Shown here: positions 44,104 to 52,314 of the stretch, in pieces | Layout: each line of letters begins with the position of its first letter | How positions within the stretch are numbered: the stretch's first letter is position 1 | The notes under the pieces: generated by a model | What the model was told of the DNA's origin: nothing | The model's input: the letters and a program-made list of their open reading frames with translations, nothing else | The model's database searches: none | DNA from: Flavobacteriales bacterium | GTDB lineage: Bacteria > Bacteroidota > Bacteroidia > Palsa-965 | NCBI GenBank assembly: GCA_002737665.1 | Contig: NSIF01000004.1 | Coordinates: 2,228-66,227, forward strand | Length of the DNA: 64,000 bases | Direction of reading: 5' to 3' | Position numbers and translations under genes: made by a program

Positions 44104-44967
44104 ATGGTTACTTATAATCCTAAAGATTGGATAATTTTAATTCTTCATTTTCATAAAAGTGACACCTTTAAAAAATTATTTATTTCTTTAATATGTATAG
44201 GCGTTTATGCAGCAGCCATTGTTTATACTGAAACAAGTATTGTTCATTTTCATTTTAAAAATTCAACAGCATTACACTCTATTTTAGGTTTTGCATTATC
44301 TATGCTTTTAGTTTTTAGAACTAATTCAGCATACGATAGGTGGTGGGAAGGTAGAAAAAACTGGGGAAGTGTTGTAAATAATTCAAGAAATTTAGCGCTT
44401 AAATTAACAGCTTTTTCTATAAGTAAAAAAAATAAAATAGAATTAAAATATTTAATTATTAATTACTTTTTTTCATTAAAAAATCATTTAAGAGATGTTT
44501 TTGTAGAATCTGAGTTTTTCGCAACAGATGATTTAACCTTAGCAGATTTTTCTAAAGCTAACCATAAGCCTAATAAAATTGCACAGGTTATTTATAATAA
44601 AATTATAGCGATGCGGAATAATAATGAGCTTACAATGGATCAACTATTAATTATTAATGAAGAGCTAAAATCGTTTACAGATAATTGTGGTGCCTGCGAA
44701 CGAATTAAAAACACACCTATACCGTTTTCTTATAACATCTTTTTAAAGAAAATGATTTTTCTGTATTGTATTTCATTGCCTCTTTTTTTTGGTGCTGAAT
44801 TTGGTTATACAACTGTACCAATTACTATGATTTTATTATATGTTTTTGCTAGTATAGAATTAATTGCAGAGGAAATTGAAGACCCGTTTGGTACCGATGA
44901 GAATGATTTACCTGCTGACAATATTTGCGAAAAATTAAAAAATAATTTAAATGAAATTTTAGATTAA
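44104..44967 (+). CDS. Bestrophin-family (YneE/UPF0187) anion channel
   Basis: 287 aa with transmembrane segments. It carries the signature ...FRTNSAYDRWWEGRK.WG..VN.SRN... and ...ER....P.P..Y... The gene is embedded in an extremely AT-rich island. Confidence 0.8.
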   Translation: MVTYNPKDWIILILHFHKSDTFKKLFISLICIGVYAAAIVYTETSIVHFHFKNSTALHSILGFALSMLLVFRTNSAYDRWWEGRKNWGSVVNNSRNLALKLTAFSISKKNKIELKYLIINYFFSLKNHLRDVFVESEFFATDDLTLADFSKANHKPNKIAQVIYNKIIAMRNNNELTMDQLLIINEELKSFTDNCGACERIKNTPIPFSYNIFLKKMIFLYCISLPLFFGAEFGYTTVPITMILLYVFASIELIAEEIEDPFGTDENDLPADNICEKLKNNLNEILD

Positions 44968-45030
44968 TTGTAAAATAGTATCATATTTTGCCAACAAAAA
45001 TAGTTGAGTTTAGATCAATTTTATTTATTT

Positions 45031-46362
45031 CTAGAATGCTGTTAATCTGTTAAACCGCCACAAAAATCCCGCGCTCGCTGCTGCAAGTCCGAGAATAAAT
45101 CCAAACCAAACTCCCTGCACGCCTAAATTCATGACGGTGCAGAAATACCAGCTTGCAGGTAATCCGATAATCCAATAAGCAAAAAATGCGATGAAGCCGG
45201 GGACAACAGTATCTTTTATTCCGCGTAAAGCTCCCTGAACTGTTACTTGTGCTCCATCAAATAATTGGAATGCAGCTGCGATGAATAATAGTGGCGCGGC
45301 GTATTTTAAGACTTCGGGATCATTATTAAAAAAGGATGTTAATTTGAAACGAAACACAATAAAAATTACTGCGGCAAGAAACATGAAAATCAATGCTAAT
45401 ATCATAGCACTAAATCCTGCTCGCCTCAAATCAATCTTGTTTTTCAATCCAAGGAAATGCCCAACACGAATTGTTGCAGCTGCGCCAAGACCACTTGAAA
45501 TCATATACGTCATTGCCGCAAGCCCCATTGAAACGCGGTGTGCTGCAAGTTGTGATGTCCCAGGAATAAACAAAGTAGGAACGCTAAAAGAAGCAACTTC
45601 AAGAACAAACATTAGCGCAGACGGAATTCCAATTCGTAATTGTTCTTTAATTGGTTGCCAAGAAAAATTTTTAAAATGAAAACCCGCTCGGTAGTCTTTA
45701 TAGCGTGGAGCATAAAATACATACATAAACATGGCTAGTGCCATGAAACATCGTGCAATAAAAGTGGCCCAGCAGGCACCCATGACTCCCATTGGAGCAA
45801 ATCCCCAATTTCCGAAAACTAAAATCCAATTCAATAATATGTTTAAGATGTTAGCTCCAATGGTAATAAACATCGCCGCTTTTGTATCCGACATTCCTTC
45901 GGCAAATTGTTTGCATGTAAAAAATACGCTTAGTGGAATCATGGATAACATCACCACATTTAAAAAACGAACAGCAAGGTCTGTTACTTCATTGGGGCGA
46001 TCCAGTTGATGCAACAGCGGTGCAGTAAAAATTAATAAAACAAAAAGGAGAATTGAAATTGAAATATTTTGAATGAACGAATGTTTTAAATGTGAAATGA
46101 TTTTGTCTTTTTTGTTTTGCGCATTTGCTTCTGCTACAATTGGTGTGAGTCCATAAGAAACACCGATCAATAAAACTAAAATCATAATATACAAGGCGCC
46201 CGCCAAACTCACAGCCGCTTGACCATAAGTTTTCTCGGGAAGTTGGCCAATGAAATAATTATCGGCAAGGTCAACTGCTATATGACCTACGTTGCTCAGG
46301 CAAACAGGAATGGCGAGTGATAGTGTTTGAAATATATGTTTGCGCCAGCTTAGATTTTGCAT
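45031..46362 (-). CDS. MATE-family multidrug/sodium efflux transporter
   Basis: About 12 predicted transmembrane segments, with ...AIPV.LSN.....V.L.D..F.G.L typical of the MATE N-terminus. The preferred start is the ATG at 46362; the ORF-track start at 46380 is a TTG. Confidence 0.9.
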   Translation of the reverse strand: MQNLSWRKHIFQTLSLAIPVCLSNVGHIAVDLADNYFIGQLPEKTYGQAAVSLAGALYIMILVLLIGVSYGLTPIVAEANAQNKKDKIISHLKHSFIQNISISILLFVLLIFTAPLLHQLDRPNEVTDLAVRFLNVVMLSMIPLSVFFTCKQFAEGMSDTKAAMFITIGANILNILLNWILVFGNWGFAPMGVMGACWATFIARCFMALAMFMYVFYAPRYKDYRAGFHFKNFSWQPIKEQLRIGIPSALMFVLEVASFSVPTLFIPGTSQLAAHRVSMGLAAMTYMISSGLGAAATIRVGHFLGLKNKIDLRRAGFSAMILALIFMFLAAVIFIVFRFKLTSFFNNDPEVLKYAAPLLFIAAAFQLFDGAQVTVQGALRGIKDTVVPGFIAFFAYWIIGLPASWYFCTVMNLGVQGVWFGFILGLAAASAGFLWRFNRLTAF

Positions 46363-46652
46363 AAAAATATTGGGCCACAAATATAAGGTCAGTAGATTAG
46401 TGTAGGTGGCCTAACATACAAGAAATTAGTTTAATTTTTTCCTTTCAAATTTTCTTTTAAAATTAATTTTTATGTAAAATAGAGTTATGTATTTTGCCTA
46501 TGTTAAAACTTTGACTATCAGAATGATAGTTTGACGCAAAGAAACCTTTTGCATACAGTTTAAATTTTCGTTATTTTTGTGGTTATGCTTTAACCTTAGG
46601 GCAATTTGTTAGGGTTATTAGAAAGCTGATTGATTGAACTCTATTAATTGAA

Positions 46653-48908
46653 ATGAAAAAGATAAGTTTCGTATTGATTTTGGTGTTGCAGGCAAATTAT
46701 TTTGTCGCACAATCGATTGTACCGCTACCACAATCTGTTTCTTCTGATCAATATGATGAGCTGAAAAAACAAGGTAAAGTTTCATCGGGCCTGTATTTTA
46801 TGCGAGGTAACCAGTCCACACAAGCACTGAAATCAATTATTCAGCCACCAATAACACCGCAAGCACCAGCAGCAAATTGTAATTGTATGTTAACAATTGA
46901 TGCAACTTATCAGGTTGCACCATTTACCATTGGTGTTGCGCCCGATTACCGTAATGATGATGGATCGACACCTGTAATAAATTTGCCATTTAATTTTTGT
47001 TTTTATGGACAAACTCAGAACCAGGTTTACATAAATAATAACGGAAATATTTCTTTTGGATCGCCCTACGGAACATTTAGCTCAGCAACTTTCCCCTCGG
47101 CACTTTACACAATGATTGCCCCATTTTGGGCGGATATTGATACGCGAAACTTATTAAGCGGAATAGTGTATTATAAAATAACCCCATCAGCTATGATTAT
47201 AAGGTGGCAAACGGTAGGTTATTATGCACAGCACGCTGATAAATTAAATGATTTTCAGTTGATTATTTCAGATGGTGTAGATCCAATACTTCCTGTAGGT
47301 AGCAATGTTGCATTTTGTTATGGTGATATGCAATGGACAACTGGAGATGCGTCATTAGGTGTCAATGGTTTTGGAGGAGTTGCATCAACTGTAGGTGCAA
47401 ATATGGGGGACGGAATAAATTACATTCAAATTGGAACTTTTGATGCACCTGGCTTAATTTACAATGGACCATTTGGATTGCCAAGCGGAATTTCTTGGTT
47501 GGATAACAAACAGTTTTTTCTTGATGTCTGTTCTACTGGCGGTGGTGGTAATCTTCCTCCAATTATGAATGCATCGCTGGTTTGTGATACGCTTACGATT
47601 TGTGTTGGCGATACACTCCCAATTATTGCGCAATTTCTTTCACCAGAAAATAATCAAACTACCACGATAACTGGAATTGCTAGTGGTACAGGTTTGACCG
47701 CTCTTTCAAGTGTTCCTGGAAATCCTGGGATATATAATGGGATTTTTGTTGGACAATCCAGTAACGTAGGATTAAATTCAATTTTACTTGCCGGTACAGA
47801 TAACGGTGTTCCTGCGCAAGCCACCACAGGTAACATTATTATAATTGTCATTCCTGGCCCCACGGCGAATTTTACATCAATTGGAATATGTCCTGGTGCG
47901 GGCATGCCCTTTACAAATACTTCAACTTCTCCGAATGGTCCTCTCGTGTCTTATCATTGGAATTTCGGAATAACATCATTGACGAATGACACATCTAACG
48001 TAAATAATCCATTTTATGTTTACAATACAACAGGAATTTATCAAGTAAGTTTACTTGTTGTGGATTCAATAGGATGTAAGGATACTGTACAACAAAATGT
48101 TACTGTTTATAATTTACCACAAGTGCAATTTTCAGCTGCGCCTTTCATAGGTTGTGCTCCTTTGTGTGTAAACTTTCAGGATTTATCAACGGTGCAAAAT
48201 AGTTCCCCAGCACAATGGCTATGGCAATTTGGAGATGGCTCTACGGACACTTTACAAAATCCTACCTACTGCTATCCTTTAAATGGAATTTATACCGTGG
48301 TGCTAACAACAATTTCAGCACAAGGATGTTTGTTTACCGACTCCATTCAAAATTACATTAATGTAATTCCGGGTCCGCAGGCGGCATTTACTTTAAGTCC
48401 GCAGCCAGTAACTATTGCCGATGCAACAATTTATTTTCAAGATACATCTGTACCACTTCCGTTTGCTTGGAACTGGGATTTTGGTGTCGTTGGAGGAACG
48501 TCAACTCTTCAAAATCCAATTTTTGTTTATCCAGATACAGGATTTTTTACTGTGATGTTAATTGTATCCAATGCAAATGGCAGTTGTCCTGATACGGCTT
48601 ATGCAACATTAGCTGTCTCTCCTGAATTATTGATTTGGATTCCTAATGCATTTACTCCAAATGACGATTTGAAAAATGATATTTTCTTGCCAGTATTTAG
48701 CGACCCGTCATACATAGAATATTATGATTTTAAAATTTTCGATAGATGGGGCAATTTAATTTTTGACACCAAAAATCCGTTGCTTGGATGGGATGGGTCG
48801 CTGAATGGCGTTGATGTACAGATAGACTCCTACGTTTTTAGAATTTTGGTTAGGGGAACAGATGGCCTAGATCATAAGTATTTTGGCCATGTGAATTTGA
48901 TTAAATAA
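46653..48908 (+). CDS. Secreted NIDO-like / PKD-repeat protein with T9SS type-B (gliding-motility-associated) C-terminal domain
   Basis: 751 aa with a signal peptide. Residues ~100-230 match the NIDO pattern (FNFCFYGQ...VYINNNGNISF...IAPFWADID...FQLIISDG...FCYGDMQW). Several PKD-like repeats follow (P.A.F......C.G..V.F.N.S...W.FGDG). The C-terminus IPNAFTPNDDLKNDIF...FKIFDRWGNLIF...GWDG...G......Y.F is a type-B CTD. Confidence 0.85.
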   Translation: MKKISFVLILVLQANYFVAQSIVPLPQSVSSDQYDELKKQGKVSSGLYFMRGNQSTQALKSIIQPPITPQAPAANCNCMLTIDATYQVAPFTIGVAPDYRNDDGSTPVINLPFNFCFYGQTQNQVYINNNGNISFGSPYGTFSSATFPSALYTMIAPFWADIDTRNLLSGIVYYKITPSAMIIRWQTVGYYAQHADKLNDFQLIISDGVDPILPVGSNVAFCYGDMQWTTGDASLGVNGFGGVASTVGANMGDGINYIQIGTFDAPGLIYNGPFGLPSGISWLDNKQFFLDVCSTGGGGNLPPIMNASLVCDTLTICVGDTLPIIAQFLSPENNQTTTITGIASGTGLTALSSVPGNPGIYNGIFVGQSSNVGLNSILLAGTDNGVPAQATTGNIIIIVIPGPTANFTSIGICPGAGMPFTNTSTSPNGPLVSYHWNFGITSLTNDTSNVNNPFYVYNTTGIYQVSLLVVDSIGCKDTVQQNVTVYNLPQVQFSAAPFIGCAPLCVNFQDLSTVQNSSPAQWLWQFGDGSTDTLQNPTYCYPLNGIYTVVLTTISAQGCLFTDSIQNYINVIPGPQAAFTLSPQPVTIADATIYFQDTSVPLPFAWNWDFGVVGGTSTLQNPIFVYPDTGFFTVMLIVSNANGSCPDTAYATLAVSPELLIWIPNAFTPNDDLKNDIFLPVFSDPSYIEYYDFKIFDRWGNLIFDTKNPLLGWDGSLNGVDVQIDSYVFRILVRGTDGLDHKYFGHVNLIK

Positions 48909-48976
48909 ATTTTGGTGTTGACTTTGTGCGAATCTAATTTTTTTTCTTTGGTTGAAGAAAAAAGTTTTAGAATAGA

Positions 48977-49067
48977 GTCTATACCGAATAAGAAGGTATT
49001 AAAAATGGTTTTAAAGCCCCGTAGGGGCGAGATATAGACTTTGTTTTATTAAATTTTTTTCGGTATA
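48977..49067. repeat. Nested inverted-repeat element with a GC hairpin core in a convergent intergenic region
   Basis: TATACCGAA (48980..48988) pairs with TTCGGTATA (49059..49067). GTCTATA (48977..48983) pairs with TATAGAC (49033..49039). The core is GCCCC-GTA-GGGGC (49016..49028). Confidence 0.4.
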
Positions 49068-49076
49068 TTCTAATAA

Positions 49077-51341
49077 TTAAAATTTAATTTTCAGCATCAC
49101 CTTAGCTTCCGTCTTGGTGTTTTTATTTATTTCTGTTAATCCACCCTCACTAATTACACTTTGATTGTAGTAGAACGTTTGTGAAATTCGGAAATAGATT
49201 TCCATTGTTCTAGTAAGATCATAATTCATCAAAAAGTAGACTCTCGATCCTTTGTAATAGTAGGCTGGCACAGAAAAGGAATTAGGCATATCGTTTTCAA
49301 AAGCGTAGATAGCGGAGTTATAGGTGTCGGTTTGGAATAATGCGTAACGACCAGAAAAAGAAAAAGGAGAACTGAGTTTTTTAAATGTAATTTCCTGCCA
49401 GATTACAAAACCATTTTCTTGTTTTGAATTTGTTCTTTGATACTGTGAATATTCGATTCGGTTGCGCAATCGAATAGATGGGCCTACAGGGTATTGAATA
49501 TTGAATCGGTAATTATCTTGTGTAGTTGGAATAATGTAATCAATGGCTACATCGTCATCACTTGCATTTGTAAATCGTTCGCGGTGTCGGTACCGGAAAT
49601 ACATATCTGTTTTTTTATCAGGAGTATAATTTAATTGAACTAAAAAATCGGTTCCGTATGTCGGAGCATTGATTTGATATTTGAGCCAAGGATAAAAAGA
49701 GTGATCGAGGTAGGAGCTTAGGGTGATTTTTTTCATCGGTTTTGTAAGTACCCCAAAATAAACTCCTCTTTCATTAGCAATTGTTGTTCCTTGCGAAAAA
49801 ATTGTTCCGTATAGGTTGTGAAAATCGAGACCGAGCATACGAGTATGTACCGTAAATGCAAGGCGAGGGTCGAGACTGATGAGTGCCCCGTGTACCATTG
49901 CAATTCCCCCGTTTGCACTTCGTGCTATTTCACCAAAAAAATGAAAGTTGTGAAAGCTCCAATCGTAGTCGGCGCCGAACACTGAATTTTGTTTTGCTGA
50001 AAATTCAAATTGATTGTATAGCGAAAGGTTGCGTTTTAGCAAGGCATCGTATGCGCTGTGCATGCCAGTAATTCCTACTTGCAGTTTTTTGCCTTTGTAG
50101 GAAACATTACCTCCATATATAATTTCTGTAATGGACTTTCTGTTTTCTAATTCGGAAGGTGTGGAATGTAGCCCGCCAGCATCTAAACTACTGAACTCAA
50201 TAATTTCAATATTATTTCCGCCGGTGGTGTCGGAGACAGAAATATTGGCATCTCTTTTTTTGTCGGAGACAAATGCAGTAGCTTCAATTTTTCCAAATTG
50301 AAGTGTTGTGGCAGCTCCCCGCAGAAATTTATTTTCATCAACGGAGGTGTATGGGCGTATACCCATTCCGTTTCGTTTGGTGTTGAGTGTAGCTCCGCTC
50401 ATTCCAAAAGAATAACCTGTCCAACCTACGAGGCCTTGACCAAAACTGATTTGGTAATCGCCAAGAACGGCAGTTTTAACAACTCCAATGTTTCGTACGC
50501 TAAGGTGTGCAGAATAAAAATCGAACCCGTTTTTTTGACTGCCTTTAAAAAATTCCTCCCCTGCATCTTTATCGGCAGTAAGTCCAGCACTAACGAAATT
50601 ACCATAGGTAAATCGGTAGCGGGCATAAATGTGGTCGGGCGATCCGAGGTATCTCGAATTTGGACTTTGTGCTAGTGCAGCACTATCAATGGGGCTGTAA
50701 CCTGATTGCTTTTCGAGAATTCGTTGATCGCGGATTAGGATTTCATTTTTTCCATATTTCAACATTTCTTTAAGATTAAAATGCCCTGTGCTGGAAAAAT
50801 CTAAAACTTTTATGAAGGGTAATATTTTGTGTATGGTGGCAAGGTCAAGCCCTTCAATGGCTTGCAACTCGTAAATGCTAATTAATGTTCCAAAATGGAT
50901 GCGATGTGCAAGTAGGTTATCTATTTGAATTTCGCTTAGTATTAATAAGTCATATAATTCTTCGCGAGTGGCGTTATTTAAATTTAGGGGATGATCCTGG
51001 TAATATTTTAGATTTTCGACAAGTGTGGTTAGGTCAGCATTTTCTGTTTGTGTATTTTCAGAAAGATCTTCTATTTGTTGTTGTAAAGGATCTTCTATTT
51101 GAGAGGAGTCTGTTTTGAATTTATGAAATATTTTTATTTGTGCAGAAATAGTGAGGGGAAGAAATAAAGCAAGGCAAATTAAAATTACAAGTTGTTTAGT
51201 GATTGTACTTTTTTTTGCGTGAGGGATAGCAGCATAAAGCGTGCAGCTGCTTTGACGCGATGAACTTGACGCGCATAGCCCGACCCAGCGGGGCACGCCC
51301 GAATAGTTAAAATAATTATTTATTGGTAGTTTGTTTCGCAA
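49077..51341 (-). CDS. Outer-membrane protein: ComEA-like helix-hairpin-helix segment fused to a large beta-barrel; start codon unresolved
   Basis: The ORF is open from TTG at 51341, with an in-frame GTG at 51296 and no in-frame ATG until about residue 190. A signal-peptide-like KKSTITKQLVILICLALFLPLTISAQ sits at residues 43-68. The HhH-like segment is LNLNNATREELYDLLILSEIQIDNLLAHR...ISIYELQAIEGLDLATIHKILPFI. The remaining ~550 aa are rich in beta-strand-like Y/F/G/N/S/T and end ...KVMLKIKF. Confidence 0.7.
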   Translation of the reverse strand: MRNKLPINNYFNYSGVPRWVGLCASSSSRQSSCTLYAAIPHAKKSTITKQLVILICLALFLPLTISAQIKIFHKFKTDSSQIEDPLQQQIEDLSENTQTENADLTTLVENLKYYQDHPLNLNNATREELYDLLILSEIQIDNLLAHRIHFGTLISIYELQAIEGLDLATIHKILPFIKVLDFSSTGHFNLKEMLKYGKNEILIRDQRILEKQSGYSPIDSAALAQSPNSRYLGSPDHIYARYRFTYGNFVSAGLTADKDAGEEFFKGSQKNGFDFYSAHLSVRNIGVVKTAVLGDYQISFGQGLVGWTGYSFGMSGATLNTKRNGMGIRPYTSVDENKFLRGAATTLQFGKIEATAFVSDKKRDANISVSDTTGGNNIEIIEFSSLDAGGLHSTPSELENRKSITEIIYGGNVSYKGKKLQVGITGMHSAYDALLKRNLSLYNQFEFSAKQNSVFGADYDWSFHNFHFFGEIARSANGGIAMVHGALISLDPRLAFTVHTRMLGLDFHNLYGTIFSQGTTIANERGVYFGVLTKPMKKITLSSYLDHSFYPWLKYQINAPTYGTDFLVQLNYTPDKKTDMYFRYRHRERFTNASDDDVAIDYIIPTTQDNYRFNIQYPVGPSIRLRNRIEYSQYQRTNSKQENGFVIWQEITFKKLSSPFSFSGRYALFQTDTYNSAIYAFENDMPNSFSVPAYYYKGSRVYFLMNYDLTRTMEIYFRISQTFYYNQSVISEGGLTEINKNTKTEAKVMLKIKF
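51217..51301. other. 85-nt GC-rich island (54 of 85 G+C by hand count) between the two outer-membrane genes
   Basis: It contains the direct repeat TTGACGCG (51252..51259 and 51266..51273), the palindrome GCAGCTGC (51243..51250) and GGGCACGCCC (51291..51300). It is flanked by a T8 run at 51209..51216 (A8 in the sense strand). Confidence 0.5.
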
Positions 51342-51360
51342 TTTTTAATTTAAAATTCTA

Positions 51361-52176
51361 TTAATTAATTCCGTATTGTAGGCCAATGGCAGGCGAAAAT
51401 CCAAGTTGTGAATGAAAGGATGTCGAAATGTCAAGCCGTAGTTTTTTGTTTACGATTCCAAAACCAAAAGCCATAAGACTAGGATTTGCTGCAGCGCCAA
51501 CTCTTAAATAAAAATTTGGAGTTGGTCGGTATTCAATTCCACCACGGATAGTTGGATTGAAGTCAACATCTTTTTCTGCTTCAACGGTTAGGAATACTTG
51601 TTTAGAAAAGTTATAGAGTGCTCCTAAGCGCATAATGGTAGGAAGGCGTTCGTCAAGGTTTCCGCTTAGTTTACTTCGAGTAGGATTAAATAAATGAAAA
51701 CCAATGACAAGATTTTTTACAGGAATTGCTATGAGTCCAAATTCTCCACAAACTGTTGCTGTTGTTCCATAGTTGTCTCCAATGAAAGTATTGAGGTAAT
51801 TTAGTTGTACGGATGCTGCAAATTTTGGACCGAAGGTTTTAGCATAGCTGATACCGAATTTATTTTCGGAATATAATTTGCCAAGTCCCATTGCATTTAC
51901 TTCCACTCCAAATACGCCATTTTTAATTGGCATTGCAGCAGCAAATGCTTTCATGCCTAGGTTATCCACCAGAAAACGATTTTCGTAAAAAATGCCTGCT
52001 TGAAAATCTTTTATAAATGCAAGACCTGCTTGGTTATTATGTGCATTCCAAAGATCTCCTGTAAATGCAGTTCCACAACCGGCAGTTGCCATTGAACGTG
52101 CTCCTAACGGTGTATTATCACCAGCATTTGCACTACAGCTGAGTAGGACAAAAAGGGGTAGAAATAGTTTTTTCAT
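51361..52176 (-). CDS. Small outer-membrane beta-barrel protein, PorV/PorQ-like N-terminal motif
   Basis: 271 aa with a signal peptide (MKKLFLPLFVLLSCSANA). GARSMATAGCGTAFTGDLWNAHNNQAGLAF resembles the G-AR..ALGG......D......NPAGL motif of the PorV/PorQ/UPF0164-type barrels. The rest shows an alternating beta-strand pattern. Confidence 0.55.
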   Translation of the reverse strand: MKKLFLPLFVLLSCSANAGDNTPLGARSMATAGCGTAFTGDLWNAHNNQAGLAFIKDFQAGIFYENRFLVDNLGMKAFAAAMPIKNGVFGVEVNAMGLGKLYSENKFGISYAKTFGPKFAASVQLNYLNTFIGDNYGTTATVCGEFGLIAIPVKNLVIGFHLFNPTRSKLSGNLDERLPTIMRLGALYNFSKQVFLTVEAEKDVDFNPTIRGGIEYRPTPNFYLRVGAAANPSLMAFGFGIVNKKLRLDISTSFHSQLGFSPAIGLQYGIN

Positions 52177-52287
52177 TCGACGCTAAAAGTAGTAGGGAAG
52201 ATTCGAAATAGCAAGGAAAAAACCAAAGAGTTAATATACCTATTTGAAGGTCAATGTTTGCACCTAACCAATTTCAACAATTTTACT

Positions 52288-52295
52288 TAATTTTG
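52288..52295 (+). promoter_or_regulatory. -7 promoter-type octamer upstream of purE
   Basis: TAATTTTG matches TAnnTTTG and lies 19 nt before the purE ATG. Confidence 0.3.
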
Positions 52296-52314
52296 TGGAC
52301 TAATTTTAGCAATT

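Noticed and set aside
45281-46009. Plus-strand ORFs (132 aa and 92 aa) inside the MATE transporter gene
   Set aside because: They are antisense to a polytopic membrane protein gene. Such genes commonly give long antisense ORFs. I recognised no family in them.
46363-46380. TTG-initiated 6-codon extension of the MATE gene
   Set aside because: The ATG at 46362 is available and gives a typical MATE N-terminus. The difference is minor.
50298-50675. 125-aa plus-strand ORF inside the HhH-barrel gene
   Set aside because: It is antisense to the longer, beta-barrel-like ORF and has no motifs.
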